A model generated the notes under the pieces. That model ran no database searches, was not told the DNA's origin, and saw only the letters and a program-made list of their open reading frames with translations. From the IMG/VR virus record IMGVR_UViG_3300029288_005873, positions 1 to 64,000 of that record: DNA of 64,000 nt; one strand, written 5' to 3'. The translations under genes and the position numbers were made by a program. Positions 21,702 to 30,107 of the stretch are shown here, in pieces. The stretch's first letter is position 1; every line of letters starts with the position of its first letter. Source of the DNA: a virus. Taxonomy: Duplodnaviria > Caudoviricetes.

Positions 21702-22174
21702 TATTCACCCTTATCAGATAGGAGCTGTGTTGCCAGACGCTTTACCATGGAAGCAGATACACCCTTGTGTCCATCCTTCATTATTGCGCCAACAAGCTTA
21801 CCAATTTGTTTTGGATCAGAAATTCCCAATTCGGACATTTTGGCTTCGACAATAGGAAGAACCTCTCCCTCGCCCGCATCTTGCGGCAATAGACCATCAC
21901 AGAAGGAGATTTCAAACCTATACGATTCAGCCAATTCGGAAGCCTTTGCCTTTGGATTCTTGTCCATGATACTAAGTGCATTAGCTAAAGCCTTCCTATA
22001 TGTTTGGATAACTTTTACATATATATCATCATCATCAAGATCTCTCGGCATATTTTTCGCACATAAATATTCTTCAGCCTTCGCACGCAGACATCGCACA
22101 ATATTCTTATGTGCTGTATCATTTGCCCGTAAAGCAACTTTTAGTGTATTGGCAAGCTGTTCTTTTATAGACAT
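21701..22174 (-). CDS. GatB/YqeY domain protein
   Basis: MSIKEQL...ALRAND, EI...LLP, IGKLVGAIMK. Confidence 0.8.
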   Translation of the reverse strand: MSIKEQLANTLKVALRANDTAHKNIVRCLRAKAEEYLCAKNMPRDLDDDDIYVKVIQTYRKALANALSIMDKNPKAKASELAESYRFEISFCDGLLPQDAGEGEVLPIVEAKMSELGISDPKQIGKLVGAIMKDGHKGVSASMVKRLATQLLSDKGE

Positions 22175-22175
22175 A

Positions 22176-22967
22176 TTAATTCTCCCTAATTTTGCGGAAA
22201 CAATCATGACAAATATCGGAGGGCTTTCCAAAACACGGGCAGCGACTATCCGACAAACATAAACGACAAGGAAACCTTTTCCTGCCCTCCTCTTCCCTTT
22301 TGTTCATTTCATTCTTTATGTCATCCATGGTATGGAATTCATCATCGTTGGCTTCGGCTATACAATTACGTACATCAGACAGTGCCTCATTACGTTCTGA
22401 TGGCGAGCCCAAAAAAGTTACCTCCTCAATGACTCCGCATATAACAGAGAGTAGAGTAAACCTTTTAGAACTTGAGAATATTACCTTTTCTGGATCCAAT
22501 CCATCCCTTATATTAAATGTCTCATTTAACAAGAGGGGAAGACCTGCGATTTTATCCATGGACATGAATTCCAGAGCTGTTTGATTATCGTCAATCTTAG
22601 AACCGAGACCATATAATTCTGTTCCGCCAACTACAAGCGTCATATCGCCAATAGTCTCAGTCTCAAAAGACCAGCCCATTTCCAAAGCTACAATGTCTTC
22701 CGAACGATTTTCCTGTTCGGCTTCAGAGATTATCTCAGGTAGACAATCACAAGCGGTCAGCGTTGTAAACAAATCCTGATCAAGATCGATTAAATCAAAA
22801 AGATCCCGCAACGTTACATCTTCCGCAAAACATATGGAACTATGTAAATGAAATGCCAACTCATCTGTAGGTATCTCATATTCTTCGAATTTTTCAATAT
22901 CATTGTTCCATTCCATGCGGACGAGCTTCCCCTTACGGCGCAGCTGTACCTCATGGTGAGTTGCCAT
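22176..22967 (-). CDS. Acidic hypothetical protein with C-terminal Cys cluster
   Basis: ORF with GGAGG upstream. Confidence 0.7.
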   Translation of the reverse strand: MATHHEVQLRRKGKLVRMEWNNDIEKFEEYEIPTDELAFHLHSSICFAEDVTLRDLFDLIDLDQDLFTTLTACDCLPEIISEAEQENRSEDIVALEMGWSFETETIGDMTLVVGGTELYGLGSKIDDNQTALEFMSMDKIAGLPLLLNETFNIRDGLDPEKVIFSSSKRFTLLSVICGVIEEVTFLGSPSERNEALSDVRNCIAEANDDEFHTMDDIKNEMNKREEEGRKRFPCRLCLSDSRCPCFGKPSDICHDCFRKIREN

Positions 22968-24048
22968 CTTTTCCTCCAAAAATACTAGACTGCGTGTTGC
23001 TTTGTCCGGGTTTATGACCAAAAGAAATGCGCGGACACTGCCAAGATCCATCAACGGGTTTTTCTAGCCCATATAATCCATCCGCCATGGAAATCAGACG
23101 AGAATATCCTTCCAAAGGTTCCCTCCAACGTTTGGGGAATGCTGATAAGCCATAAGCTGCCCCTATTAGGGCACCAGCCATTGCACAAGTGGTATCAGCA
23201 TCTCCACCTTGGTTTGCTAAATCTATTAGGCATTCCTCTGGATTGTTACAAAGCTTAAGCACAGCAGCAAATGTGAGAGGAAATGACTCAACCACAAAAC
23301 TCTGGGCACCAATTTCCTTCCTTATATTGGATAAACTATCCCCAGATTGGACCATATTTATTGCCTTAGTCAGAGCTCTTGATAACGAAGCATAGAAAAT
23401 ATCATGCGGTTCATCTAATGAATTCTCAAGCATTTCGGCAAGGAATGGAGATGATAATATTGAACCACACAATCCATTAACACCACATGTAATAGCCTGA
23501 GAAACGGCATTTGCCTGAATTATACCAGCTATAGCTGGGCGCAAATCACCATGCGTCATACGGGAAATATTGATAATAGCAGTCCTTGCCTCAAATACAC
23601 TAAGTCGCTTCAAAGCTAGAAGGACACCAATTGGCGCAATCTTCATTGGCGTTCCATTTCCAGCTCCATCTATGGCAGCAGAATTCCACCAGCTTACCCC
23701 AGATTTAATCCTACCCACTCCTACCAGAGTAGATTTTCCCCAACCGCGCGGATCATTCATACAAAGCGCATGGCGTTTAGCTATGTCATCGTAATCTAAT
23801 GATTTTTTTGATACAAAAGATTCGCCCACCGCAAGCATAAGCTGAGTATCATCCGTCCATTGTCCACGGCGCAGCTTGTGTGTCTGCTGAGCAAATGAGC
23901 CTGGTTTTGGATTAACAAGGGATTTTACCGTCCCAAACGTTTCAGCTATTTTCTCTGAACTCCAACCCTCGATCGGCATACCAAGCGAATCGCCTATTGC
24001 CGTCCCCACAATAGCTCCACGAACTCTGGACCTCACTTTTACATTCAT
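22951..24048 (-). CDS. ADP-ribosylglycohydrolase (DraG/ARH family)
   Basis: AIGDSLGMPIE, WTDDTQ, GNGTPM, TH, GGDADTT. Confidence 0.92.
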   Translation of the reverse strand: MNVKVRSRVRGAIVGTAIGDSLGMPIEGWSSEKIAETFGTVKSLVNPKPGSFAQQTHKLRRGQWTDDTQLMLAVGESFVSKKSLDYDDIAKRHALCMNDPRGWGKSTLVGVGRIKSGVSWWNSAAIDGAGNGTPMKIAPIGVLLALKRLSVFEARTAIINISRMTHGDLRPAIAGIIQANAVSQAITCGVNGLCGSILSSPFLAEMLENSLDEPHDIFYASLSRALTKAINMVQSGDSLSNIRKEIGAQSFVVESFPLTFAAVLKLCNNPEECLIDLANQGGDADTTCAMAGALIGAAYGLSAFPKRWREPLEGYSRLISMADGLYGLEKPVDGSWQCPRISFGHKPGQSNTQSSIFGGKDGNSP

Positions 24049-24575
24049 TGCGTCACCAAAAAGTACGTCGACATTCCCATGATAGAACAGACCGCAAAAA
24101 TCAGCCATGCCGAAAACCAACGGAAATTGTATAAATCAAGGTTTAGATTAGATTGAAAACGCCACATGTCGCTTTGGTTTGGCTCTCTCCTAAAAATACT
24201 CGCCATACCAAAACTGAAATCGACCATATTACATATGCCAAAAACTTCACACAAAAAAGCGACAACCTTGTGCGAACGAGATATCATTAAACCAACAATG
24301 ATTGACGCAAAAAAGAAAAACAGATTCATAATCTTTGGCATTGCCGATATGAAAGCCCAACCTTTTGATGTTGGAACTTTTGAGACACATGTCGGTTCAT
24401 ATACTACATTAGCAAATGTAAATCTTCCAAGCCTCTTAGACGGAAAAGGCCAAATACTAAACTTCCAACCCCAACCTAGTTTGAGAGCTAAACCATGCGC
24501 TAACTCATGAAGCACATTCTGAAGTAGCCAAAATGGAAGTAATGCCGCCAGAAAAACAATCCAATGGATCGCCAA
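24045..24575 (-). CDS. Membrane protein with HExxH (M50/zincin-like)
   Basis: VLHELAHG, several hydrophobic helices, distal SD motif. Confidence 0.6.
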   Translation of the reverse strand: MAIHWIVFLAALLPFWLLQNVLHELAHGLALKLGWGWKFSIWPFPSKRLGRFTFANVVYEPTCVSKVPTSKGWAFISAMPKIMNLFFFFASIIVGLMISRSHKVVAFLCEVFGICNMVDFSFGMASIFRREPNQSDMWRFQSNLNLDLYNFRWFSAWLIFAVCSIMGMSTYFLVTQ

Positions 24576-24644
24576 TCAGCACCTCCTAAAACTATCAATA
24601 ATCGAGAATAAATATGACACAAATCAACTCTTTGGAGGAAAACC

Positions 24645-25733
24645 ATGCCTAGTAGGCTAATGAAAATAATTGCCGCCGTTGAACCCCTTGGCGGAGAAAG
24701 CAACATTATGCTAAAGGTCTGCTCAAGGTGTCAATTGCCACAATCCATACATGACACCACCTGTAAACGCTGTGCCAAGAGGGCCAAGAGAACGGAAACC
24801 ATTCTAAAGACTAGAGCTTTGAAGGAACGCCAAACGGCTGGAGAGAAGCTCTCCAAAGATGAGATGGAATTCCTAAATAAACACCAAGGATTGCTTGACA
24901 TTAAGGTAAAGCCAGAAGATTTGGCACTTCTTGAGCAAAAACCATTTAACCTTCCGGAAGACACAGTTTATGTGCGTCCAACATTCAAAAACCGTCTACA
25001 GTTTTTCATCGACCGCATGAGGAGCGAAGGAAGGTTGGTTACAACCACCTTCGCAGCCGCTAAACAGCTTAATTTCGATAGCAAAGACGATTTTGTGAAT
25101 TTTGCAACCGACCATGGTGTTAAATCTCTCATGTCTGCCGACTGGAAAGAACATTATGCTGTATGGTCTTTAACTGATATAATTGATCTTAACCGTGAAA
25201 GACAAGCTGATCTTTCCGCAGGAGCTCTTGTAGAAAAGGAACCAGGAAACGTGCTTTCTTCAATTGATGCGGCGCATAAACTTGGCATGGCTAGCGTCAT
25301 AGAGTTTGTTGAACTGGCAACCGATTTTGGAGTTAAACCAGCAGGGTCTTTCGGTGATAAACCAGAACAAAAAGCATGGCGCCTATCTGATGTAGAAGCC
25401 CTCAGACATGTCAGGGACCTCGAGACGAGAGCTCATCAAATCGAAGAAAAGATCCAAAGGATCGAACGCGACATTGCTGCTGCTAAATCCCAGACCATGA
25501 AATATCAAGATATGTTAGCTTATCGCAAAAAGAATGAGGAGCTAAAAACCCTAGGTGACGAAAGGGCAAAGATAGAACTAGCACTAGAAGAGGAGGCTGC
25601 TAAACTCCATGAGCGGGCTATGGCTAACGAAAAAGCAAAAGCTGTAGCCGTACCAGAAATTAAAGCAAGCCGCCTAGAGAGACTACTTACCTTAGGATAT
25701 CAAGATCCCCAGAAAGAACATCAGCAAGTCTGA
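24645..25733 (+). CDS. Hypothetical protein: zinc ribbon, two internal repeats, coiled coil
   Basis: 362-aa ORF filling the gap between minus-strand genes; CxxC-x9-CxxC; GGAGG upstream. Confidence 0.8.
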   Translation: MPSRLMKIIAAVEPLGGESNIMLKVCSRCQLPQSIHDTTCKRCAKRAKRTETILKTRALKERQTAGEKLSKDEMEFLNKHQGLLDIKVKPEDLALLEQKPFNLPEDTVYVRPTFKNRLQFFIDRMRSEGRLVTTTFAAAKQLNFDSKDDFVNFATDHGVKSLMSADWKEHYAVWSLTDIIDLNRERQADLSAGALVEKEPGNVLSSIDAAHKLGMASVIEFVELATDFGVKPAGSFGDKPEQKAWRLSDVEALRHVRDLETRAHQIEEKIQRIERDIAAAKSQTMKYQDMLAYRKKNEELKTLGDERAKIELALEEEAAKLHERAMANEKAKAVAVPEIKASRLERLLTLGYQDPQKEHQQV

Positions 25734-26398
25734 CCTTTTTTCCAGTTCTATGATCTACAACCCTATCATCCTGGAATCTATACGTCCTTATTTTGTCACC
25801 ACGTTGACCTGACCCAACCTGTGATTTCCGTTGCCTATTTTCAACATCTGATGATTCCTGTATCATGAGAGCATATAATCTTGCCCTAAGTACCTCCAAA
25901 GCACGCTCCTTATTTCGTTTCTGGGACCTTTCATCCTGGCATGATACAGATATTCCAGTAGGGATATGGCGTATCACCACAGCAGTTTCGTTCTTTTGAG
26001 CATTCTGTCCGCCGTGTCCGCCGCTTCTTTTTGTTTCCCATTTTATATCCGACTCGCTAATGGCAAATTCAGCTTCCCCAACCATAGGCAAGACAGCTAC
26101 GGTCACCGTAGATGTTTGTCTACGTCCACGCTTCTCCGTCGGTGGGACCCTTTGCACTCTGTGACCGCCCGACTCGAAAAGGAAAGCTTCATATGCGCCC
26201 TTGCCTTCAACGGAAAACTCCAGCCTAGAAAATCCACCTTTTACTGGTATAGAGTCTAGGATCTCAACCTCAAAACCACGCCGTTGGCACCATCGGCAAT
26301 AAATCTGGAAAAGGTCGTTTACCAGTAGTTTAGAATCATCTCCGCCTTCTGCGCTCCGAATCTCCACAAGCGCGGCGTCAAAGACACCCCCTAGTCAT
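25687..26398 (-). CDS. Domain-1-less class I release factor (RF1-like) expressed via +1 frameshift, ~236 aa
   Basis: ESGGHRVQRVPPTE (PxT), SGGHGGQN (GGQ), CQDERSQ, RGDKIRTY; ATG at 26398 joins the main frame via CTT TGA C. Confidence 0.88.
26377..26392 (-). promoter_or_regulatory. prfB-type programmed +1 frameshift cassette
   Basis: AGGGGG TGT CTT TGA C versus E. coli prfB AGGGGG TAT CTT TGA C. Confidence 0.85.
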
Positions 26399-26400
26399 AT

Positions 26401-26655
26401 TCATTCTCCATTTTTAGTAGTTTGGCATGGTACAACCAACACGTGATAACGAGCTGTAGGCTCTAATCCATCAACACATCCAGCTAAACACCAGTTCCTA
26501 GTGCCCTTATGATTAATATATATCAATGTTTGTTCACAATTCCTGGTTCTTTCAGCTACAAATTTGGTAGCGTTAGCTAATCTTTGTTCCGATGACGTCT
26601 CACATCCTATACAAAAAAACAGGACAATCAATAGCAGCAATGCTAGAAATTTCAT
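26401..26655 (-). CDS. Small putative lipoprotein
   Basis: MKFLALLLLIVLFFCIGC signal/lipobox-like. Confidence 0.6.
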   Translation of the reverse strand: MKFLALLLLIVLFFCIGCETSSEQRLANATKFVAERTRNCEQTLIYINHKGTRNWCLAGCVDGLEPTARYHVLVVPCQTTKNGE

Positions 26656-27731
26656 GGCAACACCATTTGACCAATGAAAATAGGAGTACCATCATTCAGA
26701 CAAATGGCAAAAATAAATGGGCGATTAACAACCATGCGCGGCGTCTCTTTGAAACACAAACAACGCATAACCATTGCTGCTGCTGCTTCGGTACCTTCTT
26801 CATACACATCTACCACAGCTTTGTGAAGGATTGCCGAAATGAAAAGATCTCGCTTTCCAGAAATTCCAGAAAAATCAGCCCTAGGTAATTCGAATGCGTC
26901 AACCATTCCAAGGGATCGCATGCTATCATTAAGAGTCAACGTACTTTCGAGCTTAAACTTGGGAAAACGCAAATCGATTTCGCGCTTACTCAAACTATTA
27001 TAAACATATGCGAGTTTATTATCATCAAAAGAATCGCTGAAATTCTTGAAGTCGCGTGGCACAATTACTAACATATCCATAGAACCGTCCGCATATGGTA
27101 AACGAACAGCTTCATAATCCCCATTACTCCCATACGGAACACGGACATCATTAGATACCATCATATCGACAGAGCTTGTGGTACCATCTAAAGCGTAAAA
27201 ATCTGCCTTACGTGTAATACCAGCTTCAAATGGCCTACTCCATGGAGCTTTAAAATGAATAGCATTGGCTAACACGACGCGAGTCAAAGAATCTGAAGGA
27301 ATCAAATCTTTAATCAGGTTGTTTGTGTTCTCCTCAACCCACTTATTGATTTTCTGTCGAGCTGTTTCTGGATTGGCGAAATCTACTTCACGCACAAAAT
27401 CCCCAAGTTTCTGTCTATAATCAGAAAGTATTTCATACCCATTCTGAAGCCAGGCAGAATTTGCTGAGGCAAGATTGATATCTGTACAACCTGTTGATGC
27501 TAAATCCATAATTGCTTTAACAATCCCATCTGGAGATGTTGGATATCCAAGCGCTAAGGCCATCTGATTAGCTGTCTCACCGCGTGCGCCCAAATACGCA
27601 AGGGATAAAGCTGACGACACACTGTGTGGAGAAAAGAAAAGGTTTTTGGTTCTATCAAATGTGCCATACAGACGAAGCGCAAATTTACAAAATCCTTCCA
27701 CTATTTGTTTATTTTCCACAATTGTCTCCAT
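26652..27731 (-). CDS. Serpin (serine protease inhibitor family)
   Basis: NLFFSPHS, GARGETA, INKWVEENT, LANAIHFKAPW, PKFKL, EEGTEAAAA hinge, NRPFIF. Confidence 0.95.
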   Translation of the reverse strand: METIVENKQIVEGFCKFALRLYGTFDRTKNLFFSPHSVSSALSLAYLGARGETANQMALALGYPTSPDGIVKAIMDLASTGCTDINLASANSAWLQNGYEILSDYRQKLGDFVREVDFANPETARQKINKWVEENTNNLIKDLIPSDSLTRVVLANAIHFKAPWSRPFEAGITRKADFYALDGTTSSVDMMVSNDVRVPYGSNGDYEAVRLPYADGSMDMLVIVPRDFKNFSDSFDDNKLAYVYNSLSKREIDLRFPKFKLESTLTLNDSMRSLGMVDAFELPRADFSGISGKRDLFISAILHKAVVDVYEEGTEAAAAMVMRCLCFKETPRMVVNRPFIFAICLNDGTPIFIGQMVLP

Positions 27732-27769
27732 AAAAAAGTCGAGCATAGGCTCACCTGCCTATGCCCGAC
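27732..27769 (-). terminator. Intrinsic terminator closing the ncRNA unit
   Basis: GTCGGGCATAGGC-AGGTGA-GCCTATGCTCGAC hairpin followed by T6. Confidence 0.85.
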
Positions 27770-28157
27770 CATTGATTTGTCGCCTATTGCCGCTTTCCCC
27801 AAGAAAGGATTTTATGCTCAGGGCCGCGCTCTTCTCTTGAGCTACATCTGGGTATTTGTTCTTTTCTCACGGTCCAGATGTCCGGAGTTGCGCCGGAATC
27901 TCGGCTTAATTGCGTCCCTTCTGGGTACTTGCCATCAAGCAACGGTTAAGGCTGGCAGGGCAAAACGCTCATCCCCGTGATTTCCGTCCAGCAAACGCTC
28001 TAATGTTAAGCTACTTCCCCATAGGCGCCAGCCAGTGCCTTACGGCAACCGAACTGGCATATTTGTGGAGAAGGATGGAGTCTCACCACCGTCTTTTGCT
28101 ATGGAAAACACAGGGTTCTCAAACTGACAACAAATACAAACTTGAGGCTGTCCTGCA
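27732..28157 (-). ncRNA. Large structured RNA with two circularly permuted tRNA-like modules (YrlA- or two-piece-tmRNA-like)
   Basis: ~420-nt gap with no credible ORF; modules at 27990-28100 and 27823-27905, each in order T arm, 3' acceptor strand, loop, 5' acceptor strand, TA, D arm; 5' boundary approximate. Confidence 0.8.
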
Positions 28158-28167
28158 ACCTTTCGCG

Positions 28168-28395
28168 CTATAATGCGCGTTTTCTTTTTCCATAATTATC
28201 TGGAACAACCACAGGTATGCTTTCCAAAACTATTTCAGACACCATTGGTATGTTCCTTACCGTCCACCGAACAACTGCATCATAACGCCCAAAAGCTCTC
28301 TTGACAAGCTTTGGGCAACTTATGCCTTCGACAAAAATACTCCATGATCCAGCATCATCTGGAGCATATTTCCTAAAGTCCTTGACTGAAGGCAT
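28168..28395 (-). CDS. Hypothetical protein
   Basis: 75-aa ORF, AGGAG upstream. Confidence 0.55.
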   Translation of the reverse strand: MPSVKDFRKYAPDDAGSWSIFVEGISCPKLVKRAFGRYDAVVRWTVRNIPMVSEIVLESIPVVVPDNYGKRKRAL

Positions 28396-28398
28396 ATA

Positions 28399-29148
28399 TT
28401 ATCTCCTAAGAGAACCATGGATATACTGGAAAAGTGTATCAGCAATATTGACCTTTGCTGCCTCGCAGTCATTCGCCCGTTGACGGGCTCGCTTTACAGC
28501 CTGGATAAGTTCATCCACACGCTCTAGAAGATCAGCCTTCTCTGAAGGCGTCAGCGCACCACTCCACTTTCTAGTGGTCCAGGACCCCACTTGGACATCT
28601 TCTGTGTACACCTCAACTTGAGCTGGATGCTTATCCGTGGCTGGAGCCTTCACATGATTCTTCATTACCTTTTTTGTCCTGAAGCTCTTAGTTGGCGCCG
28701 ACTCATAGGTTCTCGTCTTATCATCCCAGTTCCATTGCTCACCGGGATCTAGTGTAGGAATGGCGTTATATACCTCACGAAGCTGTTTCAATTTACCCTC
28801 AAGGGCAAGTAGAAGTGTAGCTGGAAGAGCCTTATCAATCAGGGGCTTACCATCAATTTCTACAACCGCACTAGCTGTTGTGTTCGAAATTTCCTTGGAA
28901 GCTAAAGCATCCAAGTATTTAGCTACAACTTTCTGTGTCCATTCCAACTTCTTGGGGACGGTTGTTACCATCTCCTGGTTCTCATCAGGTAGAGACTCAC
29001 CGTTTTCATCAATTGCCTGATAACGTCTAATTTGCGATTGGAAATGCCCAGCTTTCTTCGAGAATGTGCTAATTGTCTCAGCCGTGATCTTTTCGGCGGC
29101 CCCCTTTAGGTCGGGCTCAACTGCCAACACTTCATGTAACTTTCCCAT
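28399..29148 (-). CDS. Conserved uncharacterised helical/coiled-coil protein
   Basis: KLHEVLAVE...ATDKHPAQVEVYTEDV.VG.W...KWSGAL...AVKRARQRAN resembles a family I recall from actinobacteria and phages; AAGGAGG SD. Confidence 0.85.
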   Translation of the reverse strand: MGKLHEVLAVEPDLKGAAEKITAETISTFSKKAGHFQSQIRRYQAIDENGESLPDENQEMVTTVPKKLEWTQKVVAKYLDALASKEISNTTASAVVEIDGKPLIDKALPATLLLALEGKLKQLREVYNAIPTLDPGEQWNWDDKTRTYESAPTKSFRTKKVMKNHVKAPATDKHPAQVEVYTEDVQVGSWTTRKWSGALTPSEKADLLERVDELIQAVKRARQRANDCEAAKVNIADTLFQYIHGSLRR

Positions 29149-29165
29149 TTCTTCCTCCTTAAATA

Positions 29166-29194
29166 ATAATAGGCGCCGACTTACCAGCCGTCAA
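29166..29194 (-). promoter_or_regulatory. Sigma70-type promoter for the 249-aa gene/ncRNA unit
   Basis: TTGACG-N17-TATTAT, then AAGGAGG and ATG. Confidence 0.75.
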
Positions 29195-29208
29195 GCCCAT
29201 CGGCTAAC

Positions 29209-29424
29209 TTAATTGTATTTTTTACACAACTCACACAGAAGCTTCTTTCTAGAACAAGGGTCCATCTTCTCCAAATAGCACATAACAATGTGGGCATAAC
29301 TAGAATTAAGGAGTTCATCGTCAAAGACTGCCTTAATTTCCTGAAGCGGATCCTGATTTTCCTTGACCTCTTCCTTCTTTTCGCAAAAGCCTTTTACTGC
29401 TTCCATATAATCACCTATAACCAT
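29209..29424 (-). CDS. Hypothetical protein
   Basis: ORF in gene run. Confidence 0.55.
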   Translation of the reverse strand: MVIGDYMEAVKGFCEKKEEVKENQDPLQEIKAVFDDELLNSSYAHIVMCYLEKMDPCSRKKLLCELCKKYN

Positions 29425-29570
29425 TCACAACACAAATCACGTAAAAGCTGCTTTCTAGGTCCGTCATCCATCTCTTTTAGGAAACCTCTCACAAGACGGG
29501 CAAGACCTTCATTTACCCTCTTACCCAAATTCTCATACATATCCTGTATCTTCTTAGTCTTTTCGTCCAT
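29415..29570 (-). CDS. Small hypothetical protein (51 aa, below track cutoff)
   Basis: MDEKTKKIQDMYEN...; TAATG overlap with HNH stop; C-terminus resembles the neighbouring ORF (RKQLLRDLC vs RKKLLCELC). Confidence 0.5.
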   Translation of the reverse strand: MDEKTKKIQDMYENLGKRVNEGLARLVRGFLKEMDDGPRKQLLRDLCCEWL

Positions 29571-30091
29571 TAACCACTCTCCTTATGCGAATGCTTAACA
29601 AGAACATAAGGTTCCCATAGTTTGGGCATTTCCCCACAACGGAAAACAAAAGGCACCCAATCGGGAGCATATGGAATAGATTTGAGGGACATACCAGCCT
29701 CTTGAGGTGTCCTGTCCGCCTTCCTGGCATTACATTCCTTACATGATGTTGCTATATTTGAGAAAGCAGTGAGACCACCCTTAGAACGCGGAACTATATG
29801 ATCGCAAGTCAAAGTATCATTTGTGCCAACGGTCCCACAATATAGACATCTATAGCGATCACGGGCAAACACGTTTTGTTTTGAATACTTTACCTGTCTT
29901 CTATGTCGCCTAAACGATGACACAAGACGGACAACAGCTGGCATATAGAAAATAGACTTCATGGACCTGACCTGCCTGTCATATTCCTCAACAACCTCTG
30001 CCTTACCAAGTATTAGCAGGCACAAAGCCTTTTTCCAGGACACAGCCATGATTGGTTCATATGATTGGCTGAGCAGCAATGTCCTATCCAT
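29570..30091 (-). CDS. HNH endonuclease (McrA/HNH_5-like)
   Basis: LLLSQSYEP, RDRYRCLYCG, DHIVPRSKGG, CKECNARK. Confidence 0.9.
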   Translation of the reverse strand: MDRTLLLSQSYEPIMAVSWKKALCLLILGKAEVVEEYDRQVRSMKSIFYMPAVVRLVSSFRRHRRQVKYSKQNVFARDRYRCLYCGTVGTNDTLTCDHIVPRSKGGLTAFSNIATSCKECNARKADRTPQEAGMSLKSIPYAPDWVPFVFRCGEMPKLWEPYVLVKHSHKESG

Positions 30092-30107
30092 AGTTTAGTC
30101 CTTTCGA

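Noticed and set aside
27732-28157. Canonical tmRNA, or the plus-strand ORFs 27624-27980 and 27910-28173
   Set aside because: Full D stems, two modules and no evident pseudoknots do not fit canonical tmRNA; the plus ORFs have no recognisable features and are antisense to the structured RNA.
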